Assembly: GCF_000372725.1 (NCBI RefSeq)
Contig: NW_005201984.1
Span: 124,001 to 188,000 of the forward strand
Reading direction: 5' to 3'
Source of the DNA: Emiliania huxleyi CCMP1516
Lineage: Eukaryota
Length of the DNA stretch: 64,000 nt
Part shown: positions 22,769 to 36,641 of the stretch, in pieces
Position numbering within the stretch: position 1 is the first letter of the stretch
Layout: each line of letters starts with the position of its first letter
The notes under the pieces: model-generated
Told to the model about the DNA's origin: nothing
Databases searched by the model: none
Seen by the model: the letters and a program-made list of their open reading frames with translations, nothing else
Made by a program: the position numbers and the translations under genes

Positions 22769-24126
22769 ATGAACCTCTTCGGGAGAAAAAAGGCCGGTGC
22801 GACCCCACCGCTGAAAGCCCCAGCTTTTCTTGGACCCTGCTCACCCCGACGTCCGTCGCAAATCGCAGAACCGCCGCCCCCGCCGACATCGAATGCCGGT
22901 CCAACGGTGTCAGCGTCCAGCACTCTGAACGCAATCACAAAGCTGCGCGATGCGGGCGACACGCTGGACAAGCGAGAAGACTACCTCAATAACAAAATTA
23001 AGAAGGAGGTGCGTTGCGGCTCAGATCCTTGGACTGCACATGAGGTTTAGGGTGCAGACGCCTCGCGGCGGCGGCGTCCTGAGCATGCCCCCGCCCGCCC
23101 ACAGACCGACGAGGCCAAGAAGTTTATGGGCCAAGGCAAAAAGAGTCAGGCGCGCGCCTCCCCACTCGGCCCGGCTTGCCTCCCCTCTCGCCCCGGCCGC
23201 GTTGGCGAGGCGGCCGGTCGAAGCCAGGGCCGCGTCGGTCGGCGATTGGCCGCACCGCCCCCTGACGCGCGCGCGCTGTCGGGACGGCAGGCGCTCCAGT
23301 GCATCAAGCGGAAGAAGATGTACGAGGGGCAGGTCGAGAAGATTGGACAGGCGAGGCTGAATCTCGAGACGCAGCAACTCGCGCTCGAGCAGCTCAACCT
23401 CAACAAGGAGGTCGTCGAGGCGCAGCGCGAGGGCGCAAAGACCATGGCCTCCGTGACGGCGCAGATGGGTGAGTGGCTCTCCGCGTGTGCCCTGTACGCC
23501 GTGTGCCCGGTTCCCCGTGTCCGCGACATGTCCCCGCGACACGTCCGCGCGACACGTCCGCGACAACAACATGCACATGCACATGTCCCTGCGACGCGTC
23601 CGGGCGTCCTTGACTAAACCGCGACGCGTCCCGCAGGCGGAGTGGATGCGGTCGACGACACGATGGGCACCGCGAGAGCAGAGGGGGGCGGAGTGCCGCC
23701 TTCGGGGCGGGTGCGCTGACGGCGAGGCTGGTTCGCTCGCTAGGCGCGATTGAGGACGCGCAGGCGGATGCGAACGACATAGCGGAGGCGCTGGGGCGGC
23801 CGATGGCCGGTGGGCGTCTCCTCGCGCGAAGCGGCGCCGCAGCGGTGCGCTGCTCGGCGTGAGTGGCGGTCGTGGTGCTGCTGCGTCTAGGCGCGTACGA
23901 CATGGACGACTCGGACCTGCTCGCAGAGCTCGAGGAGCTCGAGTCGGAAGACCTCGAGAGCCAGGAGAAGAGACGAGCCTTGTACCGCTCCCCGGAGGTC
24001 CGAGCCTCGCCCGAGCCCCTTCTCGGGCCCACCCAGGCGCTCGGCGTGGACTTGTCGGAGCTCAAAGGCTTGGACGCGCCGTCGGTGCCGTCCTCGAAGC
24101 CAATGCCGTCGGCGCCGACGGGCAAG
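22769..24126 (+). CDS. SNF7: ESCRT-III subunit Snf7/Vps32/CHMP4 (multi-exon; 3' end lost in gap)
   Basis: MNLFGRKK..AITKLRDAGDTLDKREDYLNNKIKKE..ALQCIKRKKMYEGQVEKIGQARLNLETQQLALE..DANDIAEALGRP..DDSDLLAELEELE. Confidence 0.92.
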
Positions 24127-24244
24127 GTCCGGGCTCCCCGCGCCGCACTGTCGCGCCGCAGCCTGCCGCACGCCCCCCTCCTCTAAGGACGGCGTGAGCT
24201 CTACGCCTAGAAGCCTGATCTCACGCTGAATCGGAGGCGCCTCA

Positions 24245-24344
24245 NNNNNNNNNNNNNNNNNNNNNNNNNNNNNNNNNNNNNNNNNNNNNNNNNNNNNNNN
24301 NNNNNNNNNNNNNNNNNNNNNNNNNNNNNNNNNNNNNNNNNNNN
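24245..24344. other. Assembly gap (100 N)
   Basis: N run. Confidence 1.
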
Positions 24345-24836
24345 GGGGGGGGGGGCACGCCGGCGGCTTGGGAGCCGGCGGCGGCGCGGGGCGCCCGTCC
24401 GGCGTCTTTGTCTTGAGAGTGTGGTTGGGTGGGGTCCTGGCTCGCACGCGCTCCCGGAGGGAGGCGCGACTCCTGCGCGGGTGGGTGTGGCAACGAGGGT
24501 CGAGTGGGCGGGGCGGAGGGCGGTCGCTTCGGCGCTCAAGTCCGTCGCGTCTCTCTCCCTCGCCTCTCTACTCAGCTCTCTTCTCTCTCTCCGCTCCCTC
24601 CAGAGCTCCACGCTGAGTTGGTGCTGTCTTGGGCCCAGGGGTAGCACACAGGCCAGGCTGCCGCCAGGCAGGACTACTCTCGTCAGGAGACCCTGTCGTT
24701 AGCTATACTGTCGTTGGGACATAGTATGTGTCGCGTTTTGGGCGGGCGCGGGCGGTCGAGTAATCACAGTGAGCTTATTCTGAAACAGAGAATGCACATT
24801 GATTGAACTGAAATACCTTCTACTAGATGGTGCTTC

Positions 24837-26959
24837 CTAGAGCGTGAATTTCCGCGAGGACTGGCCAAAAGCGAGGCCCGGGCCGCCTGTGGCCGCGACC
24901 GGGTTGCCGATGCCGCCCGGGCGGTACGACGCCGGGTTGGTGATCGCACCGGGCGCGTGCGGCTCGCGCATCCCCTCAACGCTGCGGAGGGACTCGAGGC
25001 CCTGGCCAGCGCCGGCGCGGAGCGCCTCAGCCGCCGCCGCCGTGCCGCCGCCGGCCGCCGCGGCGCTGCTGCCGTTGCGCTCGAGGAATTGCTGCGGCGG
25101 CGCGGGGCGCGCGAGGCCGAGCTTGTCGTACCGCGCCTTGGAGAAGCCGTTGCCCGACCAGAGCCACTCGGTGAAGGCGGTGAGGGTCCCGTCCCCGTCG
25201 CCGCGCCGCGCCGCGAGCTGCGAGTCCCAGCAGAAGAGGCCGCCCGCATTATCGGAGCGAACCTCCTTGTCGCCGTACACGCCGCTCTCGCCCTCGACGC
25301 GCCTTCCGCCCGCGAGCGCGCGGCCAATGAGCGGCAGCGCCGGCAGCAGCGGCCCGAGCGGCGAGGCGCGCAGCGTGTCGAGCGTGACGGTCGTCTGCGC
25401 GAAGGAGCGCGAGCAGTTCTCGCCGTGCTGGTTGTGCAGGCAGATGCCCGTCCGGTCCCGGTGAAGGGCGACGCGCCTGCCGCCGCCGCGCACGCGTTTG
25501 AGGATGTCCTGGTCCTCGCCCCACGAGGTGGCCGCGAACGAGAACGCGGGGAAGAGCTTCCGCCGGTACAGAAAGGAGAAGCCGTACGTGTAGAGAAACT
25601 GCTCCGTCAGCGGCGCGAGCGACGGGTGTGGCATGCCCGCCTCGGCGTCGAAGTGGCCGGTCGCGCCCGTCTGCAGGTCGTGGACGAACCACGCGCTCAA
25701 TTTGACAAAGTCGGCGCCCGCGTCGTCGAGCGCGGCCAGCATAGTCGCCAGGTAGCTGGGCGCGTACAGGTCATCGTCGTCAAAGTGGCAGATGAAGTCG
25801 CCCGAGGCGGCGGCGATGGCGACGTTGCGCTTCTCGCCGATGGTCATGTGCCCGACCTGGTGGATGTACTTGACGCGCCTACGTGGCGAGTCGCGCGGGC
25901 GCGCGGGAATGCAGCGGGGCGGAGGCGCGCCCTCCCTCGGCGGGCTGCGGCACGCCGGTCTTCAAACTCTGCCGACGAGAAGAAGGCCGACGGGGTCGGG
26001 CCCGTGTCCACGACGACGAGCTCCGTGTGCGGGTGGGTCTGCGCGGCGAAGCAGCGGTAGAGCGCGCTCTCGTGGAAGAGGTGCCGCTCCGGCGTCGTCG
26101 GAGCGATGCAAGAGATCACGCGGCGGCCTCCCGCCCTCCCCGACGCCGCCCCCGCAGCTTCCGAGGCGGCGGTGGTGGCGGCGGCGCCGCCGCCGCCGCG
26201 GACGGGGCCGGAAGCGGCCTCCACGGTCCTGCGGAGCCGAGCGACCGCTGAGTCGTCCAGCGGCAGCTCGCCCAGGTCCCTTCGCGCCGACGAGTGGTCT
26301 CCGACCTCGACAAAGGCGGTGGCGCGCCGGAAGAGCGCCTTGCGGCGCGTCTCGCTGCCGATGGCCGTCAGGGTGAGCGCGGCGGTGCAGTCGTTGATGG
26401 CGGCGGTCCAGTCGGTTGCCTTGAGCGCCGCCGCCGCCCGGTTGGTCAGCAGCGTCGCGCGGCCCGCGTTGTCGCCCAGCGGAAGCGAGGAGAGGGCGGC
26501 TCCGTACGCCGCTCGCGCCTCGGCCACCCGGCCCGCCTTGAAGTGGCCGTTCCCCTCGGCACGCAGCGCATCGGCGCGCTCCGCCGAGGGCGCGCCGCCA
26601 CCGCCTGAGCCTCCGTCCTCATTCTCCTCGAGCATCGGGCCCTCGCTGTCCGATGTCCTACCAGCTGCGTTGTCTTCTAGGACGAGGTCGTCGGACGAGT
26701 CGCTCTCAGCCTCATTCTCCTCGAGCACGAGCGGCTCATCGTCGTCGTCGTCGTCGTCGTTCTCCTCGAGGATGAGCTCGTCGTCGTTCTCCTCGAGCGT
26801 CAGCTCATTCTCCTCGAGGGTGAGCGACCCGTCGTCCTCACTGGAGGCTGCGGCGGTGCAGCCCTTGCAGCGCCGCTCGCCGGCCGGCTTTGCGAGCTGC
26901 GCCTTTGCGAACATATCCGCGTTCTTTCCCTCACGGCCACACGCGGCACATCGTGGCAT
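24837..26959 (-). CDS. Stc1-like zinc finger + acidic repeats + TPR + family-2 (GT-A) glycosyltransferase fusion (2 exons)
   Basis: Zn finger CAAC..FAKAQLAK..RCKGC. TPR GNGHFKAGR..LLTNRAAAALK..KALFRRA. GT2 ISCIAPT..ELVVVDTG..IGEKRNVAIAAASGDFICHFDDDDLY. A 77-nt GC-AG intron at 25879-25955 joins the two ORFs in frame. Confidence 0.85.
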
Positions 26960-27335
26960 GCTCGCGGGCGTGTGGGCGTGGAGGTGAAGAGAGATGGCAC
27001 GACACTCGCACACAGCTCGCTCTGTGGTCCCGAAAATAAAAAGGGTGAGGCTGAGTGCGCTTCCTAGCTCCCTGGCCCTTTTGTGAGGTTACCAACTGCA
27101 CTCCCAAGTGCTCCAAGAGACTGAGACTGTGAAGAGAAGAGGGAAAACAGACTAATTCAGCTGTGTGGCTGGCGGGGGCCGGCCTGTGCCGTTCGGCGTA
27201 GTCGCGTAGAGAGCGCTCTCTCTCTCCTCGAAATGGAAATAAATGAAAAGCTTGAGGGCACGCCGCGGCCGCGCAGCCGCAGGCGGCAAGTGCTGAGCGC
27301 GGGGCGGTCTCGAAGCGCGCCAACGGCGGCTCTCG

Positions 27336-28415
27336 TCACTCGTTCAGCGGCACCGGCGCCGGCGCCGGCTCCGCCCGTCGCGTGAGGCGCAGCAGGTAGT
27401 GGGGCAGGCGCTGGCACACCTCCCCCGCGATGAAGACCGTGAGCGTGATGTTGAGCGTGCGCCATCCCGCGCCGCGCATCAGGGCGCCGATCCCTCCCTC
27501 GGCGATCAGGTTGCGGCAGGTGGAGAGGGGGTCGCGGTGCACGGCGCGCGCGAGGTCGCCCTGCATGCACGTCTTGACGACATCCATCGGGTGCGAGAAG
27601 ACTCCGCCGGCGACGCCGCCGACGGCCGAGGCGCAGAGGCTAGCGGCGGCGGGCGGGAGCTCGTGGCCCTCGATGAGGCGTCGCCGGACCTGCGGCGGCG
27701 CGGCGGCCGGAAGCTGTCACGCAGCCTCGCGTCGCAGCCTCGCGTCGCAGCCTCGCGTCGCAGCCTCGCGTCGCAGCCTCGCGTCGCAGCGGCGGGCTCC
27801 ACCGCGCGAAGAGCGCGGCGCGGCGCGGCGTGTCTAGTGCGCGGGCGCGTCTCTCCGCGACTGCGCGCCACGGGAGTGAGTCCGAGCATGCAGCCGACGT
27901 AGATCGAGTCGCGCAGCGCGGCGAGACCCAGCCCACGGTAGAGGCCGTCGAGCGCACCGTGCCGCCGCACGATGTCGAGAGGCGTCTGCAGCAGCGAGGT
28001 GCCGAGCAGCTGCTGCTGCACCATGACACACTCGAACGGCGTCACAAGCAGAGCACCGACCGCGCCGCCCCCGACGGCGCCCGCAATCTCGCGGGCGGCC
28101 GAGGACGAGGCGTCGCCGCCCGCCTTCATCCGCCCGGCGGCGGCGAACTGCAGCGCCATCTCCGACGTCTCCTTGAGCAGGTTGGCGCCGCAGCCGCGAA
28201 AGAGCAGGGACGGCCGCAGGGTGAAGGGCAGGCCCTGCCGCGGGGCTGGGCGCGGAGTTGGGAGCGAGGCTGCCGCACTGGCGCGGGGAGGGATGGCTCC
28301 TGCTCGCCTGGGCGGCAGCGTTCTTCCAGTAGAGCGTCGGCTGGAGGGTGACGGCGACGCAGCCAGCGGAGGCAGCGCCAACGGCGGCGTTCTCGAGCTC
28401 CGTCATGCCCTCCAT
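27336..28415 (-). CDS. Mitochondrial carrier family (SLC25) protein (3 exons)
   Basis: Three Px[DE]xx[KR]-like motifs (QPTLYWKN, TPFECVMVQQQ, HPMDVVKTCMQ) and LYRG/LMRG motifs. Confidence 0.9.
27719..27790. repeat. Intronic 13-bp tandem repeat (CGCAGCCTCGCGT)5
   Basis: Directly visible in the carrier gene intron. Confidence 0.9.
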
Positions 28416-28559
28416 CTGCTAGTCTGCTCCCTTCTTTAAGGGACCCGGGCCCACGGAAGCGCCGACGCGCGGGAACAAGACCTGCAGCGTTTCTTATCCC
28501 CGCTTTTTCTTTTTCCCTCTGCGCCATAATCTTGGTCGGGGACGGCTGCCGACCGGCCC

Positions 28560-31500
28560 TTGCAACTGCTTCTCAAGCACGTTGGCTGCAAGTGGCATCT
28601 CCAAGCGCAAGCCTCACCAATTCGTTGGCGTCCGCGCCGTCGCCGGTGTACCGAGCGACTGGCCGGTGTCGTTTGACTCGGAGGGCAAGCCGGACACGCT
28701 GCCGGAGATGCCCGTGCAGCGCGACATTGCGGAGGGCGACGACATGGGCCTTGGCAAGACAATAATGGCGCTCGCCGGTTTCGCCGTGCGCGCCTACATT
28801 GAGGCCCGACTCGGCCGGCAGGCGAAGCCGGCCCTCGTCGTCGCGCCCAACGCGGCGGTGGCGGCGCAGTGGCGGCTGGAGGCGCTGGGCATGCTCGAGG
28901 AGCGCGAGATCTGGTCGCACTCAGGCGAAAAGTTCGGCCAGGCCTTGCACAAGCGCTTCTCTCGGCCGGCCGGCGAGGACGAGGACGAGGCGACGCGGCC
29001 GCGACTGGCCATTGTCACGCGCAGCCAGCTGCAGACCGAGATGTCGCACGCGTTCCGCTCACAGCGCGAGGCCGGCGGCTACAAGCCCTCGCCGCTCGCG
29101 CCGCACCTACTGCAAAAGACGGTGCTCGCGCTTCAGCAGAAGTACGACCACGCGAACATCAAGGGCGGCATCCAAGAAGGGCAGCGGCAAGGCAGCGGCA
29201 ACCGAACGGGCGAGGACCGGATGTACGTGCGCGAGGACCACAAGGACGGCGACGACTCGACGCCCAGCGGCGGCGTGCTCGCCATCTGGCGCGAGGCGCA
29301 GAAGCGCTTCACGCGCGCGCAGCACATCTACTCGATCGTCCTCATCGACGAGGTGCACGAGCTCAAGAACCCGCACACCCTCGCGACGATGCTCGCCGTC
29401 GCCGCCGGCCTCCACGCGCCGCGCGTCATCTCGAGCTCCGGCACCGGCTACAACAACCACCTGCAGGACATGGCCACGCTGCACCTGCTGATCGACCCGT
29501 CGTGGATTTACGCCGACCTGCACTTTTGGAAGGACATGATGGAGTCGCCGGACAAGGTCATCGGGCGGCAAGCGATCGAGGCTGATCGAGGCGCAGCGCG
29601 CGCGGGCGGAGGGGCGGGCGGTGCCGCAGCAGTTGAGCCTGCGGCGGATCGAGGAGAAGCAGGCGGTGGACAAGGAGGCGTGGGAGCGCGACGTGCTCAC
29701 GCGCCGCACCAAGGACAGCTGCGGCATCAAGCTGCCGCCGAAGAAGCACGTCGTGTACGAGCTCGCGTACAAGCCGCTGGAGCTCGGGATGAGCGTGACG
29801 CTCTCCCTGACGCTCGCGGCGCCGGCGCGACGCGGCCACTCCGTGCGCGTGGCGCTCTTGCAGACCATCGCGGGTGGTGGCGGCGAGGGCAGCGGCGGCG
29901 GCGGCGAGGGCAGCGGCGGTGGCGGCGGCGAGGGCAGCGGCGGCCACGGCGGCGAGGGCAGCGGCGGCGATGGCGGCGGCGGAGGCGACACCACGACCGC
30001 GGTGGAAATCGGGGTGCTCACCGCCAACGACGACGCGCCGCGCCCATCCAGCGCGAGATCGGGCTGCTGGGCGATGAGCACACGCTGCGCTTCGAGGTCT
30101 TTGACGCGCAAGGCGCCAAGGTGCACACGCAGACGACGAGCGTCGCGACCATCGCGAAGCACGCCTTCCAGCTGATGGAGAGCGAGCTGATGAACATAGC
30201 GGTGGAGGCCGCCAGGCAGAGCGCGGCGGCGAGCGCAAGCGCGGCGACGGTCGCCGCCGCCGACGAGGCCAAGGAGGCCAAGCAGCGCGTGCTCGAAAAG
30301 GCGGCGAAGACGTTCGTGCTGCTGGCGGCCGACGACGACCGCGGCGTGACCGTCTTGGCGGCCTTCTCGTGCGACGTCCTGCCGCACTCGTAGACTCGTA
30401 CCTGCAGCACGAGAAGGAGTTCCTCAAGATCCTGCCCCTGTACGACAACGCGCGCAAAAGGCGTGCGCGCGCGGCGGCACCTTCGGCCAGCGCGCGGAGA
30501 CGAAGCAGATGGAGAAGACCCTCTTCCAGATCCTGATGGCGAAGGTGACGAATATGCAGATGGCCCTCTCGCACCCGGTGCTCGTGGGCAAGGGGCGCGA
30601 GCCTCGGTCCTCTTTGCCTCACGCGCCCAGCAGCCCAAGGCCAAGTTCTGCGCCATCTGCAAGCCCGAGGCGCGCGACGTGAGCACCGACAAGACCGACG
30701 CCGACCTCGACCCCAGCAAGGACAAGGACACGGACGACGAGGCGGAGGACGACGCCAAGGACGGCAGCCGCCGCGAAGAGCGTCGCTTCGACACGGACGA
30801 GAAGGCGTACACGCGCCAGGAGTTTATCGACGATGCGTGGCCTGAGCACTGGCGTCTGGCGCCCAAGGAGGAGGACGACGACGAGGGCATCGACGCGGCT
30901 GGCGACGGCGACGGCGGCGCGGGTGGCAGCGAGGACTTCAACGAGATGCAGGCGGCTGGGGACGCGATGGAGGACGATGGCGAGGAGGGCGGCGACGCGG
31001 CGGCGCGACCCTGCGCGGCGTTCGACGGCCTACAACCTGCTCGAGCGCGAGCAGTACGCTTCGACGGCGAGGTGAAGGACAAGTCGAAGGCGCTCGACCG
31101 AGCACGCGAGCCTGAGGTCAAGGCGCTCCTCTCGACCATCCGCAGCGGCGGCGTTGGCCTCAACCTGCAGGAGTTCAACCACGTCGTCTTCGAGTCGCGC
31201 GACCTCAACCCTCAGAAGCACAAGCAGGCCGAGGACCGCGTGCACCGCCACGGTACGTGATCGTCCGACGCGCCCGTTTACGCGTTCGCACTCGCTGTGC
31301 TAACCCACGCTTTCGGTCCTGCGCTTCGCAGGCCAGGAGAAGGATGTGACGGTCGTGTACCTCGACGCCAAGGACACGTTCGACGAGGCCGTCCGCGAGC
31401 TGATGAGGCGCAAGCTCGACAACGCGCAGGCGATCCTCGACGGCAAGCTGCTGCCCAAGGCGAGCCTGCCGTCCTACAAGGACGTCGTCGGCAAGATGGG

Positions 31501-32076
31501 CGAGGTGCTGCGCAAGGTGATCGCGCGCCGCGCGGGCCGGTCGGAGGACGCGCTCCTGCCGAGACGGCAGCGCCGAAGCGGCCGCTCGCCGACGGCGGCC
31601 CCAGCGGCCGCAGCAAGATGAAGAAGCGCGACGGCCCCGGGGGCGATGTGCGACCGACCACCTCGAACCCCAACACGGCGGCGCTGGCCAGCGATTACCA
31701 CCGGTGGCAGGTGAAGGCGCCGCCGCCGAAGGCGCCGCCGAAGGCGCCGCCGCCGAAGGCGCCGCCGCCGCCCATCGGCAAACGCCCGTCCGCGTCCGCG
31801 TCGGCGGCGTCGTCGTCGGCACCCCCGTCGGCGCGGCTGTCGGCGCCGTCCGAGGCGGTGAAGAACTCGCTGCCGCCGCACCGCCGCGTGAGCCGTCGGC
31901 TCAAAGACAAGGGCGTCGCCAAGGACCGCTTCACGCAGGCGCGGATCGAATCCGTACTCGCCGCGACGGGTGGCGACGTGGACGAGGCGGTCGCGCTCCC
32001 GCAGCTGGTCGCGGAGGCCGCAGGCAAGGGCGGCGGCAGCGAGGTCTTCATCATCTCGAGCTCCGACGAGGACTAG
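28560..32076 (+). pseudogene. SNF2-family helicase/ATPase with C-terminal CUE/UBA-like domain, multiply frameshifted and 5'-truncated
   Basis: Motifs found in order: Q motif (L)KPHQFVGV, Walker A DDMGLGKT, DEVH, SGTGYNN, RRTK..LPPK, QMALSHP, LSTIRSGGVGLNLQ..QAEDRVHRHG|QEKDVTV, then FTQARIESVLAATGGDVDEAV. They are spread over all three frames with at least 6 frameshifts and no start codon. Confidence 0.85.
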
Positions 32077-32380
32077 AGGACGAGGACAAGAGGTGAGAGT
32101 ACTACATACACACACGTACTACTCCGAGCTGCGCGAGCGCAACAAGCAGCGCGCCGTCAGGTAGGGGGGTGGCGGTATTTATTGGAGCCGGTCGGTCGTC
32201 GCGGTGTGAATTCCTGACGACATACGTTTGTAGGATAATATTAGCCCACTCGGATGATTTGTATGTGCAGGAAGGCGGTGAAGAGAACAGTCCGCTGTGG
32301 AACAGTCAGGCTCCCGGACGCCGGAGCGGACGGCTGGCGGACGGTCCACGGAACACGAGCGCGTATCTTGACCGCTAAAA

Positions 32381-32467
32381 AGAAAGAAAAGAAAAGAAAG
32401 AAAGAAAACGTACAACCCAAAGGAGGGATGGGAGGACTTAGAAAGAAAACAGACAACCCAAGGGAGG
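32381..32467 (-). mobile_element. Head-to-tail dimer of short retroposon family A
   Basis: Two truncated copies sit inside one 9-bp TSD CCGCTAAAA at 32372-32380 and 32468-32476. Confidence 0.85.
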
Positions 32468-32529
32468 CCGCTAAAATTCTTTTCCCGTTGATATCAGATA
32501 TGAACAAAGTATATGACCGTTCAGCGTGC

Positions 32530-33549
32530 TTATCCGTTCTTCTGCGCTACGCCGTCGTAGTCTTTCTTCCTCTCCTTGGCGTTGAGCCACTTCGCCTTCG
32601 CCGGCGACTTGACGGCCTTGACCGGGGTCAGCTCCGGCCTGTACTTGTAGACCGTGCAGGGCTTGTTGCGCGGGCCGGCATTCACCTTCACAACTCCTCC
32701 CTCCTCCGTCGTGACCGTCACGGAGGCGCCAGCTGCGATCTGGCTCGCAGCAGGCGAGGCAGCCAGTGCGAGGCTGCCGATGCTGAACGCCTCGACGGCG
32801 CCGTCCTGGAACCGCACCGACGCCTTGCGGAGTTCGCTCTTGGCGTGATCGACCTTGACCACCGTGCCAGACTGGCCCAAGCGAGCGGGGCGCTGGAGTG
32901 CTACAAACTGCGGGGTCCTTGATTTGGACAGCACGCCGCTGACAGTCAACTTGCTTCTGCGTTGACTCGAGCCCGGATGAAGGCTCTCGTCCAACACATG
33001 GCCCATCTCCTTCAGCACGGCGATCACATCGTGAGCGGTGCCCTGCTGGTTGGGCAGACGCTGCATCGCGCTGGTGACTTCGTCCACCCAGTTGATGCTC
33101 CGGTCCCGCGGCACGCCAGCACTTCCTTGGCCCATCGGCGCGAACTTTGGATTCATCAGCCGCTGGCCTCGGTTTGCGACTGCTTGCTCGCTGCGCCCCA
33201 GCGAGCGTGCGATGCTGCTGTACGCCTCGCCTCCCGTCTTCCGCCGCTTGATCGCCGCATCCTCGTCCTCGCTGTAGTTGCCCACGCCGGGCTTGAGGCC
33301 CGACCCCTCAAGCACCTTGACCTTGCGCTCCAGCAGCCGAGACACGCGCGTCCACCGCTCCCGCTTTTTGCCGCCATCGCGCTCAATCGAGAGGTGGAGT
33401 ACGTTTCGGTCCTGCTTTCGCCGCCGCCGCACGTGCGACGGCGGCGCAGCGCCGGCGGGAACGACGGTGACCGTTGCCTTACGCTTGACAGGCTTTTTCA
33501 GCCGTGTGTACTCCACGCGGTTGCCGTCGTAGAAGCAGCTCGAGCTCAT
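32530..33549 (-). CDS. Intronless Myb/SANT-like HTH protein with a possible second winged-helix and an SH3/KOW-like region
   Basis: YSEDEDAAIKRRKTGGEAYSSIARSLGRSEQAVANRGQRL is Myb-like. It is followed by WVDEVTSAMQRLPNQQGTAHDVIAVL and GQSGTVVKVD..ASVRFQDG. Confidence 0.65.
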   Translation of the reverse strand: MSSSCFYDGNRVEYTRLKKPVKRKATVTVVPAGAAPPSHVRRRRKQDRNVLHLSIERDGGKKRERWTRVSRLLERKVKVLEGSGLKPGVGNYSEDEDAAIKRRKTGGEAYSSIARSLGRSEQAVANRGQRLMNPKFAPMGQGSAGVPRDRSINWVDEVTSAMQRLPNQQGTAHDVIAVLKEMGHVLDESLHPGSSQRRSKLTVSGVLSKSRTPQFVALQRPARLGQSGTVVKVDHAKSELRKASVRFQDGAVEAFSIGSLALAASPAASQIAAGASVTVTTEEGGVVKVNAGPRNKPCTVYKYRPELTPVKAVKSPAKAKWLNAKERKKDYDGVAQKNG

Positions 33550-33608
33550 GGAGGACGCGAAGCCGCCGATTTTCAAAAAGAGAAAAAAGACGGGGTTGCA
33601 GCACTTGG

Positions 33609-33654
33609 TCCTCCCATCCCTCCCTTGGGTTGACTGTTTTCTGTCTTTCTTTCT
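33609..33654 (+). mobile_element. 46-bp family A insertion inside a family C repeat
   Basis: TTGG duplication at 33605-33608 and 33655-33658. Removing the insert restores GCACTTGGAGTGCA. Confidence 0.75.
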
Positions 33655-34290
33655 TTGGAGTGCACTGATTGCCTCGTAAAATTCTTTTCGCGACCGGCGC
33701 TGCTTGGCCCACCATGATCTCCCGCAAAGGGCATCACGACCCTTCGCCGCGAAGAAAGAGTTAATAAAAATCTCTCTCTCTCTCTCACCGCGCGGCGTGA
33801 GGATGACGTTGAGGCTCACCACCCACGCCACCCGCCCAAATCTACCGCCCGGCCGCCGAGGCGGCTGCTCATCATTGCGGCGGTGGCATGCAGCCTCTGG
33901 TATCTGTGCATGCAGTACATGGTGCAATCGCACGCGCCGGCTGCGGAACCACGGGCTAGCTCTGACCTCGACATGTATTCGGAGCCGCCGGTCCAGCGTA
34001 CCAGCGACGTCCCGTGCCTGCGGTCGCCTCGGTCCCTCCCGCGGCGCAGCCGTCGCCAAAGGTGGCAGGCTCCCAGCCTACGCCAGCAGTCGCCGCGCAG
34101 TCGCCGCGCAGCCGATGGGAGGACATGTCGCTTCGGTTTCTTCTTTTGTCGTGCGAAAAAAGAAAGAAAGGCGGGCCAAGGGAAGGATTGGAGGACGGCA
34201 CGCCGCCACCATAAGGGAATTTAAGTACCAGGCGTTCCCTCGTTTCCGAAGACTCTTTCAAAAGAATTCTTTTTGCCTGATCGCCGCGAC

Positions 34291-36641
<2,351 letters not shown>

